Positions 21,089-36,235 are shown, counted from the stretch's first letter. The stretch is DNA of 64,000 bases from Alphaproteobacteria bacterium (GCA_964291285.2 OZ219787.1:64001-128000), one strand, 5' to 3'. Numbers and translations: made by a program. Notes: generated by a model not told the origin, from the sequence alone.

Positions 21089-22081
21089 TCAGGTCCAGGC
21101 GGTGAAGGAGGCGGTGACGGGGGCGTCGGCGACGATCTCGACGCGGTTGCGGTCGAGCTTCCCGAAGGCGAGGCAGAGGGCGACATCGGCCGGATCGTCG
21201 AACGGACCGTGCTCGCGGCCGGTCTCCAGTTCGATCACGGTCCAGACCGGCTCGTGGACCGGGATGCCCTTGAAATGCGCCGAGCCTTGATACGACCTCT
21301 CGGCACAGGGCGCACAGCGCGCCGCCCCCTGTGACGGCGCCCCGCAGGCCGTGCACAGGCCGGCGGCCCGGCGCCGGGCGTACAACTGCCGCGAGCGCGC
21401 GTTCTTGCGCTCCGGGTCGTGGCTGGCTTCCTCGATGGCGGCGCAGGGGCCGCAGCGCGAGAGGCCGTCGAAGGCCGGCTGCCCGCAGCGTGTGCAGCGG
21501 CCCCCGGTCCTGCGTTCGTCATATTGCCGCCGTTCCGCCGCCTGCCTCCTGTCCCGGCAGGGCTGGCAGGTGGTTCCGCCCTCGACGGGGGGCTGCTTGC
21601 CGCAGCGGATACAGAGTCCCGCCTCGATCCGGGCTTTCTGGCGGCGCTTGCTCTTCGCCCGGGCGGCGCGCCTTTTGGCTTCGGCATCGGCCCCGCCATA
21701 CTTGAGGCCGGCGGCTTTCCCGGCGGCGTATTTCGCGCGGTCCGCTGCCCGGCGCTTCTCCAGGCACGGCTCGCACGACGCGCGGCCCTCCACGGCCGGC
21801 GCCTGGCCGCAGCGAATACAGAGGCCTTTGGCGGCCCTTTGTTCCCTCTTGCTGCGGGTGCGCTGGCGCTCGGACTGCCGGACGGTTTCGGGGTCTCTTC
21901 GCGGTGTGCCCGCGGCGCGCGGGCGGGCATCGCGGGCGCGGCTGCGTTTCGCGGCGCACCCGGCGCAGACGCTGCGCCCCGGCGCGGACGGGACCTTGCC
22001 GCAGCGCGGACACAGGCCTTGGGCGATACGCTCGCGGTCGCGGGCCTTGCGGACTTCCGGGTCCCGGCAAGCCATGGCCAT
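21089..22081 (-). CDS. Arg-rich protein with five CxxC...CxxC zinc-ribbon repeats, copy 1
   Basis: GxCxxCG...CxxC occurs five times. Homolog at 49360. Confidence 0.8.
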   Translation of the reverse strand: MAMACRDPEVRKARDRERIAQGLCPRCGKVPSAPGRSVCAGCAAKRSRARDARPRAAGTPRRDPETVRQSERQRTRSKREQRAAKGLCIRCGQAPAVEGRASCEPCLEKRRAADRAKYAAGKAAGLKYGGADAEAKRRAARAKSKRRQKARIEAGLCIRCGKQPPVEGGTTCQPCRDRRQAAERRQYDERRTGGRCTRCGQPAFDGLSRCGPCAAIEEASHDPERKNARSRQLYARRRAAGLCTACGAPSQGAARCAPCAERSYQGSAHFKGIPVHEPVWTVIELETGREHGPFDDPADVALCLAFGKLDRNRVEIVADAPVTASFTAWT

Positions 22082-22161
22082 TCTCCCGGTGGATGATGCG
22101 GGGTCGGGCGGGAGACGCCCGGCCGGCGGCGGGCCGGCCGGACGTCCGGCGAGGCGGGCGG

Positions 22162-22488
22162 TCAGCCGCGCTGGCGGCGGTCGGCGAAGATCCCGAGGCT
22201 GCGCCAGCCCCACAGCTGCACACCGCAATGCCGCAGTCTGACCCCCGTCGCGATGATGATCTCGTCCCGGGCCGGACGCATCTCTTCAAGCGCCTTCGCG
22301 GTGACGATCGTGCCCCGGGCCTTGCGACGGCCCTTGCATGCCGTGCCGCCGGACCGGACGGGAACGATCTCGCCGTCGGCCTTCGAGACGTAGCGTTCGA
22401 CGACATAACGGTCGTCCTCAAGACCGTCGCCGACGAAGTGGATGAGATAGGTGCGCGCGTCGCCGCGCGGTGCGATTGCTGCCTGCAT
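22162..22488 (-). CDS. Hypothetical protein, copy 1
   Basis: Homologous to 48940-49272 (H..G.GL..DDR.VVER...G.I.PVR.G...DR.QRG). Confidence 0.7.
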   Translation of the reverse strand: MQAAIAPRGDARTYLIHFVGDGLEDDRYVVERYVSKADGEIVPVRSGGTACKGRRKARGTIVTAKALEEMRPARDEIIIATGVRLRHCGVQLWGWRSLGIFADRRQRG

Positions 22489-22619
22489 CGTGCCGTGCTC
22501 CTTCGACAGGTGAATGGGAACGGCGGCAGCGCTGCTCTCCCTCCGGAGCGCCGACCGCCGCCCCACTCACGGCCAGACTTCGCCTCTCGGCGGCGCAAGG
22601 CCGGCAGGCAGGCGGCAGC

Positions 22620-24346
22620 AGCCAGTGTTGTCGGCCGGGTTCGCGGTCCTGAAGGTATTTCTTGAGCGCTTTGGCGAGAATCCGGCGCCATCAATCCCTG
22701 ACGCTCAACTGCTCCGCAGTTTGCCCGAGGGACCGGAAGAAGCCGGCGATCCGGCGCAGGGCCACCATCACCGTTTCGCGGCACCCGTGATGGGAGTTCA
22801 CCGTCAGCCGGTTCCGGGATCGTGTCCCGAGCCGTGGTGTAAGAGCCTGGCGCCCGTGGCGGTGTCCGGCGGGTAGGGCCGGTAGGCTCAGGCTGCCACG
22901 GCGGGCAGCTTGACGGTTGCATTGTCGCTCACGGGAGCGATGGATTCCAGCGTTACGTATCTGGCTCTCTGGACGGCCCATTCGTCGTTCTGCTCGAGCA
23001 GGATGGCACCGATCAGGCGGGTGATGGCGTTCTCGTTGGGGAAGATGCCGACGGTGTTGGTGCGCCGCTTGATCTCGCCATGGAGGCGTTCGAGCGGGTT
23101 TGTGGAGTGCAGCTTGGCGCGATGCGCGGCCGGGAAGGTCATGTAGGCGAGAACATCGTGCTCGGCCTCGTCCATGATGGCGGCGAGCTTCGGCGCCTTG
23201 GGCCTGAGCTGGTCGGCGACCTGGCGCCACTGGGCGGAGGCGCTGTCTGCATCCTCCTGGGCGAAGGCGGTGGTGACGAAGGCGGAGACGACGCGCCGGC
23301 CCTGCTTGCCGGCATGGGCGAGCAGGTTGCGCATGAAATGCACGCGGCATCTCTGCCATGTGGCGCCGAGGATGCGGGTCGCGGCGGCCTTCAGGCCCTT
23401 GTGGTCGTCGGAGATCACCAGCTTGACGCCGCGCAGGCCGCGCCGGGCGAGCGAGCGCAGGAAGTCGGTCCAGAAGGTCTCGGCCTCGGACGCGCCGATC
23501 GCCATGCCGAGCACCTCGCGCCGGCCCTGGTCGTTGACCGCCACCGCGATGGTGACCGCGACCGAGACGATGCGCCCGGCCTCGCGCATCTTCACATAGG
23601 TCGCGTCCAGCCACAGATACGGCCAGTCGCCCTCCAGCGGCCGGTCGAGGAAGTCGCGGATCTTGTCGTCGATCTCGCCGCACAGCCTGGACACCTGGCT
23701 CTTGGAGATGCCCGACATGCCCATCGCCTGCACCAGGTCGTCGACCGAGCGGGTGGATACGCCCTTGATGTAGGCCTCCTGGATCACCGCCGTCAGCGCC
23801 TTCTCCGCCATCCGCCGCGGCTCAAGGAAGCCCGGGAAGTAGCTCCCCTTGCGCAGCTTCGGGATCTTCAGCTCGACCGTGCCGGCGCGCGTCTCCCAGA
23901 CCCGGTCGCGGTAGCCGTTGCGGTGCGTGATCCGGTCCGGCGAACGCTCGCCGTGCCCGGCGCCCGCAAGGCCCTCAACCTCAAGCGCCATCAGACGCGC
24001 GGCCGTGAACCCGATCATCTCGCGAAGCAGATCGGCGTCGGAACTCTTCTCCAACAGCGCCCGCAGGGTCATCATGTCGGTGGTGGTCATCGTGGTACTC
24101 CTCCGGTCGGATGGACTGTGGAAGCCCAACCCTACCGGCACCGCGATGGCCATCCGCTATGGATAAGTGGCCCGCCGCCGCCAGACTCCAGACGGTCGCG
24201 GCGGCGGGCCACTTACCCACAGCTACCGATGGTGGCTCCAGCTCCTACACCACGCCTGGGGGCACGACCGGTTCCGGCCCGCATGGTGGGCTTGGCGGGC
24301 GACGCGGTTCAGGAGCAGTGCCCTGCTGGTGATCGCCTCGCCGTGC
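22620..24346 (-). pseudogene. IS1380-family transposase C-terminal remnant, split by IS256
   Basis: The IS256 flanks join to read EAITSRALLLNRVARQAHHAG...ALRRIAGFFRSL..TAEQL...WRRILAKALKKYL. Confidence 0.6.
22818..24269 (-). mobile_element. IS256-family element; transposase 22888-24090
   Basis: [24 protein letters not shown] and STNPLERL. TIRs GATCGTGTCCCGAGCCGTGGTGTA / TACACCACGCCTGGGGGCACGACC. 8-bp TSD GGTTCCGG. Confidence 0.95.
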
Positions 24347-24377
24347 GCTGGTACACTGGGCTGGTACTTGAGCGCCA

Positions 24378-27300
24378 CTATTGAGATCGTGGACACAGTA
24401 TCTCTGCGATCTCATACCAGCGGGCATAGTTCAGAACCCATTGGCCCATTTTCGGGTTCCGATGGAGGCGATGCGTTCTGGTTGTGAGACGAGATTGTTC
24501 CAGGCCTGGCAGCAGTGATCGAGTATGTCGTCGTAGTTCTGGAAGACGCGGTTCGAGAGCCAATTTTCGCGCATGAACTGCCAGACATTCTCGACGGGAT
24601 TGAGCTCGGGGGACCGGGGCGGGAGCGGCATCAGGGTTATGTTGTCGGGGACTTTGAGGGCCGGGGATGTGTGCCATCCGGCCCGGTCGAGCATGACGAG
24701 GGCATGGGCTCCGGGTTCAACGGTGAGGGCGACCTCGGCGAGGTGGGCGTTGAGTGCCTCCGTGTTGGCGTGGGGCATGACGAGGCCGGCGGCCTTGCCC
24801 TTCTGCGGGCATATGGCGCCGAAGATGTAGGCCGAGATGGTTCTCTGGTCCTTGGGCGCTGACGGTCGGGTGCCGCGTTTAGCCCATCGCCGGGTGATCT
24901 TGTTCTTCTGCCCGACGCGCGCCTCGTCCTGCCACCAGACTTCGACCTCGACGCCGTCGCCGAGTGCAGCGCGGATCTCCTTCAGGCGGTCGGGGAAGTT
25001 TTTTTGAACCCTGCCAGCGCGGCTTCGTCCTGGGCATAGTGGCGCGGGCGCGCAGAGAGCTTGGCGTAGCCCATCCGGCGCAACTCCCGCCCGACCGTCG
25101 TCTCCGCCAACGAGATGCCGAACTGCTCGCTGAGCCATGCCGCCAGGTCGCAGCGCCGCCACCGCACCACGCCGTGGATCGCCGGGTCCGGACCGCTCTC
25201 CACAACCGCCGCCAGCGCCGCGCGCTGCTCCCCGTTCAACTTGCGCGGCGGACCTGAGGCCTTGCGATCCTTCAATCCCTCCGGGCCTTCCGCGTTGAAG
25301 CGAAGAACCCAGTCCCGGATGATCTGCAAGCCCACCCCCGCAAAACGCGCCGCATCCGAACGACGGTAACCGTCGTAAATCACCGCAAGCGCAAGAAGGC
25401 GACGGTTCTGCGAACCATCCCGGCTCCGCTGCGCCAAGCCGCGCAACTGCGCCGCATCAAAATCCTCCCTCAAGGGGATTGCTGCCCTCATAACGACCCT
25501 CCAATCGCAGAATCGCTATTGAGTCAGAACTCGATAACCTTGGGAATCCCCTCAATGAGTCTCAACCCTCAACCGCTGGTATCACCCACTAGCTCGCAAA
25601 GTACCGCCGTATCAGCCCCTCTCACAGTGCGGTCAATTGTCGATAGCCCGTATCGCGGTTGCATGGCCTCGGCGGCATGTCGCCGAAGCTCAGCGGCCCC
25701 TTGGATCCGCATGTCGGGCGCTAACGACCGTTCGGTTTCGGTTTGCAGGTCACGGGAGATTTTCTTTAGCAATGCTTCTTTGGCACCAGGCGGACCCGAG
25801 ACCGCCAGCGCGGAACAACCCCACAATCCGTCTCCGAATATATCGGCGCACGACATATGCCTTCCTGCCTTAAACGTCCAACCCAGAAGAAGATTGCTAA
25901 TTTCCTCTGCGTTGTCGGAACAGTCCAATTCACGCGCTGTCCGCGCAGATGCAAACAGGGTATCTGTTAACCCCATTTTCCTAGGAATGATACCGATACC
26001 TCTTCGTCCGGAATCCAACTCAGCGTGGCTATCAGCCAACTTGCATGATTACGTAATTCTCTGCGGGTTTGGTGGTCGCAAACGTGCGCATTCGACGTCA
26101 CCAGAAGAATCCCGGTCATACCTTGTATCCATTGAAGCATATGGCTCGTAAAGTGAGACTCCGCAACTACGGCTGCAAAAAGTAGCTCCTTCGCCGACCG
26201 ATACAAGTCTTTCGCCCACTGCTCGATGTTTCTTGCCACCGTTTGAGCGACTTTGTTTTCAACATCTGAGCCTGATATGAAACTGACTAAACGTGCCAAT
26301 TCAATCCTCAAGGCCTGATAATCACTAGAAGAAAAATAAGGAACGAGCATCATGCCATGATCCATACCATGAATATCCTGGGGGACGTTACTGCGAATCT
26401 TTACGAATTGCTTCGCTATAGAAAATACGTTATCTTGTATCTTGTCCAGTGCGGATTTGATATTGTGTCCTTTGGAACGAAGTAGAACGAGCGTCAGATC
26501 CCTGTACTGTTTCATACCCTCCATAATCACGGGGCGGTAGTTTTCCCTTACGCATCCAGTCAAGGCAACATGCGCGATACTCTGACAGAGCACTGCCACT
26601 GCGGGGTCGGTCTCGTGTCCAGCCGCCACAAAATGACGGGTTGCTTGTCCCGTAAGCCGTTGTCCCTCCATCAGCACGTCGGCCAGGTCATGTCCTGCGG
26701 CCGCTTGTACAGCATTTGCGAGATATCCCGCCGCAAGTTGTGCGTGATGCTTCTCCGCCCCAGGATTGGCGTAGTCGATATCAGCATATAGCTGCACAAG
26801 CATTGTCAGCGCCCGCATCAGTTGTTCTATCTGTCGTTCGTCGCGACGTCCGATTGCAGTGTCAGCATTCTGGCGTAGGCATTCCAGACTGTCGGTAATG
26901 AACGCATCGTGTGACCAAGGATGCTCAATCATGAGCGCGTTGGCGTAGAACGTTGTCCCCTTCGCCTTTATGTAGGCGGCATTGATCCCGACAATAACGT
27001 CGAGTGCATACCTGGATACTTCATAATCCCTTTGCTCTGCATACCGCCGCGCGAAAGACATGGCATGATGCATATTTCTGATAGCATCGGATGTCCAATG
27101 CGAATTTTTTTGAAAAAACTTCGTTCGCACAGCGTCGGGATTCGAGCGCTCGGGTAATTGCAGGTCGGTAACCTGTTCCTCCGTCTGCGGTGGCAATTTA
27201 TACCGATCCGCTTTTCGACCCCAACCGCACAACTCTTTTTGCGTGTCGTGAAGGATTATATGAAGTTGTTCCAAAGGGTTTATCAACTTTAACGCTCGTC

Positions 27301-27835
27301 GATATGCATACAGGAATAGGAACAAGATAGCCAACACAGACCAAGTAGAAAAGACCAACGGTAAGACCAGTCTTGTTTGCTCCACTACAGTCGATATAAC
27401 TGCCACGGCGACCGCCAGTGCGAATGCGCTCGCAAATGAACCAAGTAGCTTGCAATCTTCACTGATTCGTCGAAATAAACCGTGGGGCATTCGTTCAACA
27501 TTCACTTGCATCGCAAACAGTACAAGAGAGGCTACTATAGCGGCGGCGCCGATCAACGCGGTGCCGGTATTCAGCAAGAGGCCTTGTACCCGTAGGATTG
27601 TTTCCAAAGGTAACAGTTTGTCTTCAAGAAGGGACTGCAGGTCCGGCAACAGGGTCACGCTCGCCGCAGCGAAAAACGCGATGATAGAAACGACCACGGC
27701 TTTGTTGCCGTATCTGACGAAATATTGTCCTGCCATGTGACGAAAATTGACAATGTAGTGTTGCAGCGTTACCAATCGACGGTACCATTTTTTTCTTGAC
27801 ACCTGCCGCAATCTCCTACGGGCTTTTTTGTTCAT
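24378..27835 (-). pseudogene. Large low-GC membrane protein of unknown function, frameshifted and IS630-interrupted
   Basis: A 622-aa ORF with about four N-terminal TM helices appears to continue in the 25569-26039 frame. Removing IS630 gives ...ELVGEIAEILCPRSQ* ending at 24378. Confidence 0.7.
24415..25581 (-). mobile_element. IS630-family element; orfA 24982-25491 and orfB to 24431, joined by a frameshift
   Basis: HTH orfA; DDE orfB (WWQDEARVG, LDRAGWH, SPELNPVE.VW); A7 slippery run near 25000. TIR TACCAGCGG with TCA duplication. Confidence 0.93.
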
Positions 27836-28143
27836 TTGCGGTCACATAACTGCCGTTGGAGTTCGGACCGAAGATGTACGCGTAAACACAGTTAATTCAA
27901 GAACCGCGGCGCTGAACCGCGTCATCGCGGAACCGGGCCTGGCCGCCCGAAGGGTCCTTGAGCAGGCAGGCAGGGGCCAACCTGCGACGGAGATGGGCGA
28001 AACTCTGGATGCAGAGCCGCCTTTAGGAAGGGAAGGTCTCATGCCCTGTCCACGGGGAGTAGTCCGGGTCGGAAGCCCGAGAGAGTTACAACGATCGCAA
28101 GTTGATCTGCGTAGCGAGAGCGTTGTCGGCGTCCCAAAGGGCC

Positions 28144-31350
<3,207 letters not shown>

Positions 31351-31462
31351 TACGCCGCGGCTCTGCGCGCTCCCGGGACAAATCTTGCGCGCTCGCGGCG
31401 GAGCATCTCGTACGGACTCATGTGGTGCAGGTTCCTGGCCCGGATGAACGCTTTGACGACCG

Positions 31463-33199
31463 TCACGGTCCAAACGGTCTGTATTCGATCAAGGCGGACC
31501 GGCCGAGGATGTCCACGATGGTGATCGACAATTCCGAGCCATGGGCGTCCGTCAGCCGTATCGGTTTGCCGGGCCGAAACGGCACGGGTTGCGGACGCCC
31601 CTCGTCGATGGCGATGTTGTCGGCATACAGATACGTCCGGTCAGAAGTATCGCGTATCGGGTTCAGCCGTCCGTGCAGGCCAGGAAGGTGTCCCGTGCTC
31701 TGAGAGAAAATCGCGGCACCACCGGATTCGAGCGGTTCGAGTTCGAGCTGCAGGCCGCCCCGATTGGGGGTCCAGGCTCGTTCCAATCCGGCGGCATACC
31801 CCGACCCGGCAGCATAGATCGTCATCGGCAAATTCGTCGTGTAAAGGTCCAGGGCCGCATCGCCGGCCTCGTCAGTCGTCGCCCGGACCCAGGTCTTGTT
31901 GGGAAAGAGCGCAAGAACCTCGATACCGGCGAGGGGCTCACCTCCGCAATGCACCGTGACTGTTGCGTCGGCAGGAACAAGCTCCAGCTTGGCCGCGGGA
32001 ATACGGAGCACCAAGCTCGATTCATCAACCAATCTGTATTCCGGCGGTAAACCGGTGGCCTCCTGGGTTTCCGTGCGGATGATCGACACGCCATCCCCGC
32101 GGCGTTCCATCAGGTACCTGCGACGACCCGACCCTGCCACATTACCGACGGGGATGCGCCCGAACACGGATGCGACCACCTCGTTGCGCGTGGCCTGACT
32201 GGCCTCCATGCCTTCGATGGTCATGCCGTTCGGAAGCTGGCCGGGCGAATCGATCTCCAGACGGTCCTTGAACATGGATAGCCGGATCCTGCGGGAAGAC
32301 ATGGAGTAGTCGCGGTGCGCAACCGCGTTGACCACCGCCTCGAATATGGCAGCTTTGCTGTACTGGAAAACGTCTTCCCGTTCCGGAGTCTTGCGGGCGG
32401 AAACACGCATGTTGCGAACGACGAACCGGACCGCGTCCGCGATCTGTGCGGGGAGCGGTCCGGCGATCTCCTGCGCGTCCAACTGGCCCGAGGCACGATC
32501 CAGTCCGCGATAATGCGTCGCCACGATGGTCGCTTGCGGCAACCAGTCCTGCGGAGAAGGAGTGCAAAGCAGTATGCCGGCCACGGTGGCCCGATCCACG
32601 CCCGCTTCATCCTGCGCCAGCAGGCGAAGATTCAGCAATCCCCGCCGTGGGTCCGCCGCCGCCGCCACGCTGAGCAGCGGCTCCCACAGGCGTTCGCTGA
32701 GTGTCTCGAAACCGGTTTCGGGAACGATCTGCTTGTCGAACCACAGGTAGCGGTTCTGCGCACGATTCTGCGCCAACCTCAGACCTTCGTCCCCGAGCAG
32801 GCGCCGCTTGGTCGCACCGACCCGGACGAATGCCCGCCCGCTCCGTTCATGCAGGGCTTCGCCGCGTGGGACTGCGACCAGCAGGAATGCTCTGCCATCC
32901 AGTTCTCTGTGGTGGACGCCGATGCGCAGCGGCGGCTCGAGGACGTCGGTGCTGACCTCCACAAGCAGGTGGTCCAGTGCCGCCATCCGCTCTCGCGACA
33001 TGCCCTGGATTGTTCCGTCGTCAGACACTCCACAGAGCATTATCCCGCCGTCCGCGTTGCCGAACGCGCCCAGTTCGTCCGCCCAATCGTCTCTGCGTGG
33101 GCTGATCGGTGTGGCGCCACGGAACTCGATCCGCTTGAATTCCCACTGGCTGTCCTCACCCAGGCGGAGTTGGCGGCGGATGTCTTCGTCCCGGATCAT
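31463..33199 (-). CDS. AlbA_2 (Schlafen-like) + HATPase_c_4 (RecG-C-like) protein with a beta-rich C-terminal extension
   Basis: GEDSQWEFK...AFGNADGG...GVSDDG, then [25 protein letters not shown] and ERRGDG. Confidence 0.85.
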   Translation of the reverse strand: MIRDEDIRRQLRLGEDSQWEFKRIEFRGATPISPRRDDWADELGAFGNADGGIMLCGVSDDGTIQGMSRERMAALDHLLVEVSTDVLEPPLRIGVHHRELDGRAFLLVAVPRGEALHERSGRAFVRVGATKRRLLGDEGLRLAQNRAQNRYLWFDKQIVPETGFETLSERLWEPLLSVAAAADPRRGLLNLRLLAQDEAGVDRATVAGILLCTPSPQDWLPQATIVATHYRGLDRASGQLDAQEIAGPLPAQIADAVRFVVRNMRVSARKTPEREDVFQYSKAAIFEAVVNAVAHRDYSMSSRRIRLSMFKDRLEIDSPGQLPNGMTIEGMEASQATRNEVVASVFGRIPVGNVAGSGRRRYLMERRGDGVSIIRTETQEATGLPPEYRLVDESSLVLRIPAAKLELVPADATVTVHCGGEPLAGIEVLALFPNKTWVRATTDEAGDAALDLYTTNLPMTIYAAGSGYAAGLERAWTPNRGGLQLELEPLESGGAAIFSQSTGHLPGLHGRLNPIRDTSDRTYLYADNIAIDEGRPQPVPFRPGKPIRLTDAHGSELSITIVDILGRSALIEYRPFGP

Positions 33200-35773
33200 T
33201 ACCCAACCGCCTTTACAGCACGCTCAGCATCCCGGAGGCGGATTTCGCCGGACATGAGCTTGGGGAGCAGGAGGTCGCGGATAGCGCCAGTGGTCTCGAT
33301 CTGGTGCAGATTGCTCAGGGCGCGTTTCATGATCGGCATCGCCCACAGCTCAAAGGCTTCTGCAACGCTCACCGGTGGCAAGGCTAAATCGACCAGAGCA
33401 AAAGTCTGGCGTGTGATCGTGTCAAAAATCGTGCCGTGCGTCCGGTTCCGCAACTCTTCCACCATCATTCTGACAAGCCAGTATGTGAAGAAGTCACAAT
33501 AGCCGCCGACGCCTCGTATCCCGTAGCAACTCTGATTCATGGCCATCGCCCTGCCGAGACAAGCCAACCTTCCGACAGTGCCCCTTGCGGTAATAACGGT
33601 TGTTCCGGCAGAAAGAACTTTTGCCGCACTGTTTTCAACCCCTGTTTGCGTAATGCTCCTCTCGGTCTCCAAGACGAACATGTCCGAGGAAGATGGCGCA
33701 TCTTTTGCCGTATACCAATAAATTTCGCCATCCCAATAATCTTCGATCGACGTTTTAGGCGTACCTCCACTGTGAATTTCTATTACATCATCCAAAACTG
33801 CTGCCTCCCACCCCTCCGGTATCTCACCGAGTTCGGAGTTGACGAAGCGGTCGGGAAACAGTTCCCACAGTTCGGGGGCGAGGTACGGAGCACGCCCTTC
33901 CATCTTCGCCTTTACCGGCCCGAAATCGACGAACCAGTCCTTGAAGATCGCCCGCGCCATCGCCTCCAGCGTCTCGTTCATGCGCCGGTTCAATGCTATC
34001 TTGTCGTCCAGCGCGCCGAGGATGCCCGCAATCGCCCGTTGCTCGGGGAGAGGGGGCACTGGAACCGGCAGATAACTCAGAGCCTGACCCAAAAAGAGTT
34101 GAGCGGTTTCAAGGGATTGTGATTCAGTTCGGTTATGCATCTGAACGGAGCCACGAATGCCCTGGACCGAAACCGCTCGCCGGGAGTATCGGCGGGACTG
34201 CCCACGATATGCAAGCGATCTGACCGACGCTGAGTGGTCTCTGATCGAGCCCTTCATGCCGTTGCCCTGCCGTATCGGTCGCCCGCGCCAGACCGATCTG
34301 CGCGAGGTCGTAAATGCGGTGCTGTATATGGCCACGACCGGTTGTCAGTGGCGCCAGCTGCCGAAGGACTTTCCGCCGGTCTCGACGGTGCAGCGCTATT
34401 TCTACGAGTGGCGCGACAACAGGCTGTGGCAGACGATCCGGTTCCACCTGGCCGTGCAGGCGCGCGAACGCGAGGGGCGCGAGGCCCAGCCGAGCGCGGG
34501 CGTGATCGACAGCCAGACGGTGAAAACCACGGAGGCAGGCGGGGTTAGCGGCTATGACGCCGGCAAGAAGGTCAAAGGGCGCAAGCGCCACGCTGTCGTC
34601 GACACCATCGGCATGCTCTTCGGCCTCGTCGTACATGCCGCCGACGTTCAGGACCGCGACGGCGCCCCGGCCGTGCTGAAATCCATCCGCCACGCCTGCC
34701 CCTGGCTGCGTCATCTGTTCGCCGATGGCGGATATGCCGGGCCGAAACTGCGCGGCGCCCTCGACAGGATCGGCAAGTGGACGCTCGAAATCGTCAAACG
34801 CTCCGACACCGCCAACGGCTTCGAAGTCCTCCCCGGACGATGGGTCGTCGAACGCACCTTCGCATGGCTCGGGCGCTGCCGCAGGCTGGCAAAAGACTGG
34901 GAAAAATCCATCGCCTCAAGCGAAGCATGGATCAACATCGCCCATATCCGGCTCACAACACGCCGACTCGCAAGGCCTTGAAAAACTTCAGCGAGTTTCG
35001 AGTCAGGCTCTCAGGGAATCGACAGGCACTCGCTGACGCCCGGAAGTGCCGGTCATTTGATCCACGGCGTAGCTTCTCACCCCCTCCCATTGAGTTAGGT
35101 AGTAGGCGTACTCGGAATCCGTGACGCCCGCGCGTCCGCGGATAACGATGAACTCGGTCGAGCCATGCGCGCACTCTGCCGCCCGGTCTGTGCAATAACG
35201 GGCAATCTTGCCATTCTCCAAGCACGGCGTAATGCGCGCCATGAGCGTGTCGCCATCTTGGAAGCGCGACCCGCCGCCGGAATAGGCGCGCCGGTCAATC
35301 GCATGTACGCACCGGGAACCGGCAGTGACCGCAGCCATATCAACGAACGGATACGCCATTCCGCGTTCAAGACGCACTGCCGGGTTGACAACGACTGCTT
35401 CGGTAAACGGCATACGCCGCCACTTTTCATCTACAGAGAGCCTCCTTCGCCTGGTGTCATCAATGTCTGCCAGCACCGCATGGTTCCGCTCAATCTCCCG
35501 ATGAAATCGCTCCGGCAGGCGCGCCCAGTCGCGGGCCTCGACCAAGAAGGGAATGTACGATTCCCGCACCGCCTCCTCGAAGCCCGCCATGTTGCCCACC
35601 GGAATTTCCTTCAATCCCGGCCCGCGCAGCACCAGATCGAGATCGCTGCCGTCATGGCTGCGCCCGTTGACGCGGCTGCCATAGGCCCACACCTCGACAT
35701 CGGGCAAATGCTCCCGCAACAGTGCGTCCAGCGCCTCGCGGTGCTTCGGCTGGAGATGCAGCCGGTCAGTCAT
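33199..35773 (-). pseudogene. hsdS: MNT nucleotidyltransferase-HsdS fusion (546 aa reconstructed), interrupted by IS5
   Basis: N-terminal GSRVNGRSHDGSDLD, then TRD1, PPLPEQRAIA..L..LDDKI, GEIPEGW, TRD2 and RDLLLPKLMSGE. The frame is restored on removing 34077-35010. Confidence 0.9.
34080..35010 (+). mobile_element. IS5-family (IS1031-like) element; transposase 34157-34981
   Basis: YASDLTDAEW, IDSQTVK, ADGGY and RWVVERTFAW. TIR GAGCCTGAC with a 3-bp TSD TCA. Confidence 0.95.
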
Positions 35774-36191
35774 CGGGCGTCGCCTCGATCATGTCCGCCA
35801 GCGCCCGGGCATCGGCGATAAAGTCGGGCAACAGCTTGAGCGTGGCCTCGGCGAAGCCTGCGCCGTAGTCGTGCGCGGTATCGTTGCGGTTGTCGCGATA
35901 GCCGAACCAGCGTTCCGCTGCGTCGGCTTCGATCAGTCCGTGCCGGGCGGCGTGGCGGAACAGGTCCTTGAAGGCAAACCGGTCGGCCTGTCTGTTGCTC
36001 GCGAAGAAAGCGGCAAGCCGCTTGCGCAACAGTTTGCCGCTCTGCTCCAGCACCAGCTCGAACTCCTTCACGCAGGCAGCGCGATAGATGTCATACATGA
36101 AATCGTCCGCCGCGCGATGCTTGTCGATCTCACCGAAAGCTGTCTCCAGCGTTCCGATGCAGCGCCGCAGGAAGGTGGTATCGATGCTCAT
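35766..36191 (-). CDS. HEPN-domain toxin (HI0074/HepT-like)
   Basis: RNDTAHDY matches RX4HXY; also KEFELVLE and FKDLFRHAA. 8-bp overlap with the MNT start. Confidence 0.88.
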   Translation of the reverse strand: MSIDTTFLRRCIGTLETAFGEIDKHRAADDFMYDIYRAACVKEFELVLEQSGKLLRKRLAAFFASNRQADRFAFKDLFRHAARHGLIEADAAERWFGYRDNRNDTAHDYGAGFAEATLKLLPDFIADARALADMIEATPDD

Positions 36192-36235
36192 GTCCCGCTG
36201 CTCCGTCCCCGGTGCGCAGACCCGTTGCGGCTCAT

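Noticed and set aside
33199-34335. Stand-alone 378-aa HsdS
   Set aside because: Its N-terminus is IS5 sequence; it is the 3' half of the interrupted MNT-HsdS gene.
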